The notes under the pieces were generated by a model, which ran no database searches, had not been told where the DNA came from, and saw only the letters and a program-made list of their open reading frames with translations. A stretch of 63,542 bases of DNA, counting the filler, from a bacterium (GTDB taxonomy: Bacteria > JAJRZV01): assembly GCA_024275095.1 (NCBI GenBank). It is 6 parts of 6 records of this genome, joined end to end, with 100 filler letters (N's around TTAATTAATTAA, not from the genome) between each part and the next. Parts side by side here need not be neighbours in the genome. Positions count along the whole stretch, not along the records: positions 54,617 to 60,851 come from JAJRZV010000073.1; positions 60,952 to 63,542 come from JAJRZV010000082.1; 4 more parts are not named here. One strand, given 5' to 3'. This document shows positions 58,132 through 63,542 of the stretch, in pieces. Position 1 is the first letter of the stretch; the number at the start of each line of letters is the position of its first letter. The position numbers and the translations under genes are program-made.

Positions 58132-59535
58132 TTACCTGCTGGTCGTTTTTTTGGAGATGCCGTATTCTTTCATGCGTAGTTCCAGCACCCGCCGGGTGGT
58201 TCCGAGGAGTTTGGCCAGCTCTTCATTAGATAGATGCGGGTATCTGAGCACGGCTTCACGAATAAGCTTTTCTTCGAGAAGCCTGAATTTCTGTTTCAGT
58301 TTCTGATAGGCGTTGGAGAAGTCACCTGTGGCGAAGCCAAGGGTTTCTTCACGTTGAATACCGGTGAAACGCAGGTGCTCTTTTTCAATCTGGTTACCCT
58401 CAGCCATCAGGTAAGCATTTTCTATGATGTTTTCAAGTTCGCGCACATTTCCGGGATAGTCATATTCCATGAGAGCCCTGAAGGCTTCCCGTGACAGGTG
58501 CTTGCGAGGCACGCGCAATTGGCGACTCTTGCGAATAAGAAGGTGTTCGATTAAATACGGGATGTCCTCCCTCCGATCCCTCAATGGTGGGATGTGGATG
58601 TGGAAAACATTGATGCGAAAGAACAGGTCCTCGCGAAAGCGACCTTCTTTCACCTCCTGCTCGAGATTTTTGTTCGTGGCGCATACGATGCGCACATCGG
58701 CTGGCTCGGATTCCGTGCCTCCGAGGGGAAAAACTTCTTTGGTTTCTACCACCCGCAGTAATTTTGATTGAACCTCAAGCGGCAGTTCTCCAATTTCATC
58801 GAGAAAGAGTGTGCCGCCGTCAGCCTGGCGGAACAGTCCTATACGCGATTTATAAGCTCCGGTAAAGGCTCCCTTTTTGTATCCAAAGAGTTCGCTTTCA
58901 AGGAGCGTTGTCGGAAGGGCGGCGCAGTTGAGGGATACGAACGGCCGCAGGCGCCTTTCACTGCCTGCGTGAATGGCCTGGGCGGCGAGCTCTTTGCCGG
59001 TTCCGCTCTCCCCGGTAATGAGCACGTTGGAGTCAGCACGCGAAGCCACATTTATGAGTTGAATGACTTTTTTAATTTGAGATGAGCGTCCTATAATCAT
59101 CGGAGATGAGGTGTATCCTCCGGGCTCGCAGGCCGATGAATCCTCGAGCGCCTTTTTCTTCATGCGCGCGTCCAGTGCTTTGTCCAGGCACGTGAGCAAC
59201 TCTTCCATTTCGAAGGGTTTTACCAGGTAATCGAACGCGCCGCTTTTGACCGCTTCAACAGCAGATTTTACTGTTGAGTATGCCGTCATGATGATTACTT
59301 CCATGTCAGGATTGAGCTTTTTCAACTCTTTGAGTACGCTGATACCATCGCGCCCGGGCATGGAGAGGTCCACAAGCGCGAGGTCTATGGTCAGGTCAGC
59401 TTTTTCAAGGGCTTCCTCCCCGCTGAGTGATGCAATTACGTCGTATCCCCTTTCCTCACGCAGGACGATTTCCAGCGATGCCACCATGTTGGGCTCGTCG
59501 TCAACCACAAGTACTCTGGGTTTGCCGTCAAACAT
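58132..59535 (-). CDS. Sigma54-dependent response regulator (NtrC family)
   Basis: REC (VVDD, DLSMPG), GESGTGKE, GAFTGA, FLDEIGE, YPGNVREL, HTH. Confidence 0.96.
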   Translation of the reverse strand: MFDGKPRVLVVDDEPNMVASLEIVLREERGYDVIASLSGEEALEKADLTIDLALVDLSMPGRDGISVLKELKKLNPDMEVIIMTAYSTVKSAVEAVKSGAFDYLVKPFEMEELLTCLDKALDARMKKKALEDSSACEPGGYTSSPMIIGRSSQIKKVIQLINVASRADSNVLITGESGTGKELAAQAIHAGSERRLRPFVSLNCAALPTTLLESELFGYKKGAFTGAYKSRIGLFRQADGGTLFLDEIGELPLEVQSKLLRVVETKEVFPLGGTESEPADVRIVCATNKNLEQEVKEGRFREDLFFRINVFHIHIPPLRDRREDIPYLIEHLLIRKSRQLRVPRKHLSREAFRALMEYDYPGNVRELENIIENAYLMAEGNQIEKEHLRFTGIQREETLGFATGDFSNAYQKLKQKFRLLEEKLIREAVLRYPHLSNEELAKLLGTTRRVLELRMKEYGISKKTTSR

Positions 59536-60851
59536 GCTGTCTCACAGGTAATGTAATGGTAAAAACCGTTCCCCGTGGCTTGTTGTCCTCCACGGTGATA
59601 AAACCCCTGTGTGCGTCCACCACATTTTTGACGATGCACAGCCCCAGGCCCGTTCCCTTTTTCTTCGTAGTGGTGAAAGGGGTGAAGAGCCTGGGCCTGA
59701 TCTCCGGAGGAATACCGGACCCCGTGTCCGCCACGATGATCTGAACATGAACATCGTCGTGGTCACAAAGTTTCACTTCGATGAGCCCGCGTTTTCCATC
59801 TAATGAATCGCATGCATTGGCGAGCAGGTTGTCGAGCATTTGCTCAAGCTGTTCCTCGTCACCTTCTATCTGAGTGTTTTTTGTCAGGACCTGAAAGTCC
59901 ACCGTTACATGTGAAGGAATCACGCTGGCGATTGAGCGTGATAGTATTTCACGAAGTGAAATCGTTGAAAACGAGGGTTCTCGCAGGCGCGAGTAATTGA
60001 GTATTTGACGGGTAATTCGATCCATCCTGTCAACTTCTTTTTCAATAAATGAGGAGAGTTCGTACCCGCTATCTTCGGGAGAGAAGCGTCTTTTCAGAGC
60101 CGATGCAGATACCTTGATGACCCCGAGAGGGTTCTTGATGTCGTGAATGATGAGACTTGCCACGTGTCCGATGGTGGCGAGCCTTTCCTGAAGAACGCTG
60201 TGTCGATGGAGCAGGGCGTTTTCAAGAGCGATGGAGAGTGAAGGAGCAATTTTGCTCAGGATGTTGATTTCCATGGTATCCGGTCCCGAGGAGTACATGG
60301 GTTCACTCAGCAGGATCAAACCCAGGAAATTGTCATGGGCGAGCGCAAGAGGGAGAACCGCAGCAGTTTCAGCAGGGAATACCCGGTTCCATATCTCGAT
60401 TTTCTCAGCAGACAGATGATTTTTTACAATCAGCCTGGCAGCTTCTGGATTTTCGATTATTGTTTTTATATCACGTGCTCTCAAAGGTTTTTCGTTGACA
60501 TTGTGTGGATACACATGAATAAACATTTCTTTGTTATCCGAGAGGGTAAAGAAGGCCACTTTCTTGAACGAACACATGCGTGAAAACGCCTCTACTGTCA
60601 GGTGGGCGAGCCCTTCCACGTCCATGGTATGCGTGAGGTTTTGCAAAAATTCTTCTCCAGCCTTTTCCCTCAGATAATCCTCTCGATATATGGTTTTTTT
60701 TAGGAGATCCTGAATCTGTACCCTCAGAGGATGGAATATCAGAGCAATTAAAAGGGTCGAAATGATTGTACCAGCAGGTGTGAATTGCAGCCCTAAGAAT
60801 CCCTGGGACAGGAGTGTCCCGAGAAATACCATAAAAAGATACAGAGCTACA
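59528..60851 (-). CDS. Sensor histidine kinase (GAF-HisKA-HATPase), 5' truncated by gap
   Basis: IIHDIKNPL, NLLANA, DTGSGI, FTTK..GTGLGL. Confidence 0.92.
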
Positions 60852-60951
60852 NNNNNNNNNNNNNNNNNNNNNNNNNNNNNNNNNNNNNNNNNNNNTTAAT
60901 TAATTAANNNNNNNNNNNNNNNNNNNNNNNNNNNNNNNNNNNNNNNNNNNN
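60852..60951. other. Artificial contig linker
   Basis: N-run with TTAATTAATTAA. Confidence 0.98.
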
Positions 60952-61092
60952 ATTTGAAACTGTTTTTATTTTATCCCTGACCTTTGAGCTGATTGAATTC
61001 CTGGTGGATTTTTCTGTTTTAGCCCTGACGGGCCCCGAACCTGCTCGTGAGGTCTCACTTATCAAATGTTCCGCTTTGGGTGGGGCAATACA
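60952..61092 (-). mobile_element. IS3-like non-autonomous element, copy 4 (left end, cut by contig start)
   Basis: Homologous to about 11623-11772 and 57338-57480; terminus TGTATTGCCCC. Confidence 0.7.
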
Positions 61093-61202
61093 GTTTGACG
61101 TGTTTTTTGTTTCTGAGAGACGGTCAATAAATTCTATAAAAGGCATTGTTCTTGTTAGGGACTGTTAAAAAGTTTGAAACTTGAAAAGGCCCAATAGCAA
61201 TG

Positions 61203-63146
61203 TCATGAGCCTTTCTTAATCTTTTTAATCTCTTGCAGCGCTGCGGGATTTTCCAGTGATGAAAGGTCACCTGCGTCCTCGCCCAGGAAGACCTTTCGGA
61301 TAACACGACGGAGTATCTTGGCATTGCGCGTACGAGGAAGGTCCTTTACCCAGTAGATTTCCGAAGGAACCATTGTTTTTCCCAGGATTTCCGCAGCTGT
61401 GTTCTTCAGTTCGTTTTTAAGCGAATCGTCTGGATCGTACCCTGGCTTCAGGATGACAAAACAAACGATGCGTTCTCCCTTTACCTCGTCCGGAACCCCG
61501 ATGGCAGCGGATTCCTGAACTGCGGGATGGTTCACCAGTGCTGACTCCACTTCTGCAGGTCCTATGCGTTTGCCTGCTACTTTGATTGTATCGTCAGATC
61601 TTCCGTGAAGGAACCAGTAGCCGTCTTCATCAACGGAAGCCCAGTCTCCATGTACCCACACATTTTCCCAGCGAGACCAGTAGGTTTCGATATACCGCTC
61701 CGGAGCTTTGTACAGGCCACGGGTCATGCCCGGCCACGGTTGCTTGCACACGAGTTCTCCGACTTCCCCACGTACCGGCTTGCCTTCTTCGTTAAAAACG
61801 TCGATATCCATTCCAAGAGCAGGCATGCCGAGAGAACAAATCTTCATGGGAATGATAGGAAGAGGAGCTAAAAAACATGCTCCGACTTCAGTACCCCCGG
61901 AAATATTGATAATAGGGCACCGTCCTCCTCCAATGTTGTAAAAGAACCATTTGTAAGGTTCGGGATTCCAGGGTTCACCAGTGGAGCCCAGGAGGCGCAA
62001 GCTTGAGAGGTCGTATTTTTTTACGTGATCAGTACCGTATTTCATCATGGCTCTGACACCTGTAGGGGAAAAGCCCAGTATTGTAATTTTATGGCGTTCG
62101 ATAACCTCCCACAGGCGGCCGGGATGAGGATAGTCCGGCACCCCTTCGTACGTGAAAATGGTTCCTCCTACGGTCATGGCTCCCACAACCTCCCACGGTC
62201 CCATAATCCATCCCATATCCGTAAACCAGAAGAGAATGTCGTTATCCTTGAGATCGAAGTTATGGTAGACCTCCTGCGCAATTTTTACATTAAAACCTGC
62301 GTGTACATGAACTGCTCCCTTGGGACGCCCCGTAGTGCCCGAGGTGTAAATAATCATGAACATATGTTCAGAATCCAGTGCTTCTGCCGGACAGTCACCC
62401 TTGTACGAAAGCACATCGTCCCACCTTACATCCCGCCCATCATTCCAGGGCACATCAATTCCCAATCTGGGAAAAACGACAATCTTTTTTATACTGGGGG
62501 ACTGGTCTGCGGCCTCGTCAGCCACCTCTTTCATGTTCACCACCTTGCCCCTGCGCAGGAATCCGTCTGCGGTGAACATTACCTTTGCCCCCGAGTCCTG
62601 AAGCCGCGTGGCTACAGCTCCTGAACCGTATCCTGAAAAGATGGGCACAAAAACGGCACCAATACGTGCAATGGCCATAATGACAGACACAATTTCAGGA
62701 ACCATGGGCATGAATACGCCCACTGCATCACCCTTGCCCACTCCCTGCTCTTTCAGAAACAGAGCGATACTGACTGACTGCTGGTAAATATCCTCGTAGC
62801 TTGCTTTTCTGATAGAGCCGTCTTCTCCTTCCCATATCACCGCGATTTTGTTTTTTTTCTCTCCGAGTGCGTGCCTGTCCAGGCAGTTGTAAGCAATGTT
62901 GGTTTTTCCACCCACAAACCAGGTCGCCCATGGAATGCCCTTTGACACATCAAGTACGTCACTGTAGGGCTCAAACCAGTGAATACCCAGTTCTTTTTCA
63001 ACTTCAGACCAGAACCATTCAATATTCTCCACTGACTTTTTGTAGAGGTCGGTGACATTATCAACCCCTATTTTTTTCATAAAAGCGTTCACGTTGGATT
63101 GTTCTACAAGTTCATCATTTGGTTCCCATATAAATTTATCACTCAT
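61203..63146 (-). CDS. acs: AMP-forming acetyl-CoA (short-chain acyl-CoA) synthetase
   Basis: NIAYNCLDRH, YTSGTTGRPKG, STGEPW, GRSDDTIKVAGKRIG, LPRTRNAKILRR. Confidence 0.9.
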   Translation of the reverse strand: MSDKFIWEPNDELVEQSNVNAFMKKIGVDNVTDLYKKSVENIEWFWSEVEKELGIHWFEPYSDVLDVSKGIPWATWFVGGKTNIAYNCLDRHALGEKKNKIAVIWEGEDGSIRKASYEDIYQQSVSIALFLKEQGVGKGDAVGVFMPMVPEIVSVIMAIARIGAVFVPIFSGYGSGAVATRLQDSGAKVMFTADGFLRRGKVVNMKEVADEAADQSPSIKKIVVFPRLGIDVPWNDGRDVRWDDVLSYKGDCPAEALDSEHMFMIIYTSGTTGRPKGAVHVHAGFNVKIAQEVYHNFDLKDNDILFWFTDMGWIMGPWEVVGAMTVGGTIFTYEGVPDYPHPGRLWEVIERHKITILGFSPTGVRAMMKYGTDHVKKYDLSSLRLLGSTGEPWNPEPYKWFFYNIGGGRCPIINISGGTEVGACFLAPLPIIPMKICSLGMPALGMDIDVFNEEGKPVRGEVGELVCKQPWPGMTRGLYKAPERYIETYWSRWENVWVHGDWASVDEDGYWFLHGRSDDTIKVAGKRIGPAEVESALVNHPAVQESAAIGVPDEVKGERIVCFVILKPGYDPDDSLKNELKNTAAEILGKTMVPSEIYWVKDLPRTRNAKILRRVIRKVFLGEDAGDLSSLENPAALQEIKKIKKGS

Positions 63147-63317
63147 GTTAACCTCCTTTTCTCACTGTTGTCCGAATGGGGACCATAAGCATCTTCATGA
63201 AAATAAATCGCCCCCTGAGGAAAATCAAGAGTTGTAGAGTCCCCTAACCATTTTCAGAATGCGAAACCTGGAACATGAGGTGGTTTATGTTCTCCTGTTT
63301 GGTTAAAATCCACGTTC

Positions 63318-63542
63318 GTGAATAAAAAGAAAATACATGTCGTAGAGCTTTTTGTTGATGGCAAACTGCGCACGGGACTCATTGTCGAACAGGCCCGAAA
63401 GGTAAAGGTCAGGATCCCGGGGGGTGCAGAAAAACATGTGAGTCCTTCTCAGATTGTTCTTAAAGCTGAACTTCAGGTGGAAGAGGATGATGTAGAAGCG
63501 ATCGAAGAGCGCAGAAAGAAAATTTCACAGACTGTGAACCTC
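63318..63542 (+). CDS. Probable N-terminus of an RNB-domain ribonuclease (runs off window)
   Basis: Open frame from GTG: MNKKKIHVVELFVDGKLRTGLIVEQARKVKVRIPGGAEKHVSPSQIV..., resembling the N-terminus of deltaproteobacterial RNase II. Confidence 0.5.
   Translation, partial: MNKKKIHVVELFVDGKLRTGLIVEQARKVKVRIPGGAEKHVSPSQIVLKAELQVEEDDVEAIEERRKKISQTVNL

Noticed and set aside
1-63542. CRISPR arrays, rRNA, prophage or intact transposase genes
   Set aside because: No regularly spaced repeat-spacer pattern, rRNA-like segment, phage genes or full-length transposase were seen.

Overview
The window is six contigs of a Gram-negative, deltaproteobacterium-like bacterium. They are joined by artificial 100-nt linkers (N-runs around TTAATTAATTAA) at 15158-15257, 17467-17566, 47775-47874, 54517-54616 and 60852-60951, so gene order across linkers is not biological. 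Housekeeping content includes rpsP-khpA-rimM-trmD-rplS, speD-speE, hisBHAF-IE, tatBC, purMN, polA, dciA, panE, an acyl-CoA synthetase, tRNA-Phe, PiT/DUF47, an OprO/P porin and two-component genes. Highlights: (1) a 7-gene respiratory cluster joining an octaheme-NrfC-NrfD module to a Rieske protein, an atypical cytochrome b (heme-bH ligand His->Gln, no PEWY) and nona- and dodecaheme cytochromes (about 29 c-heme sites); (2) a putative leader peptide (MILMDFKCGC) plus a perfect 34-nt terminator-like palindrome before speD-speE; (3) a DUF2946/CruR-like CxxC...RSPP upstream ORF with an anti-Shine-Dalgarno stem before a His-rich outer-membrane metal receptor that the ORF track misses; (4) an orphan TsrM-like B12/radical SAM enzyme; (5) an in-frame TAA in trmD; (6) four copies of a ~490-bp IS3-like non-autonomous element, plus IS1634, lnt and merC/thioredoxin relics. 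All family calls come from motif recognition by eye; no database searches were run.
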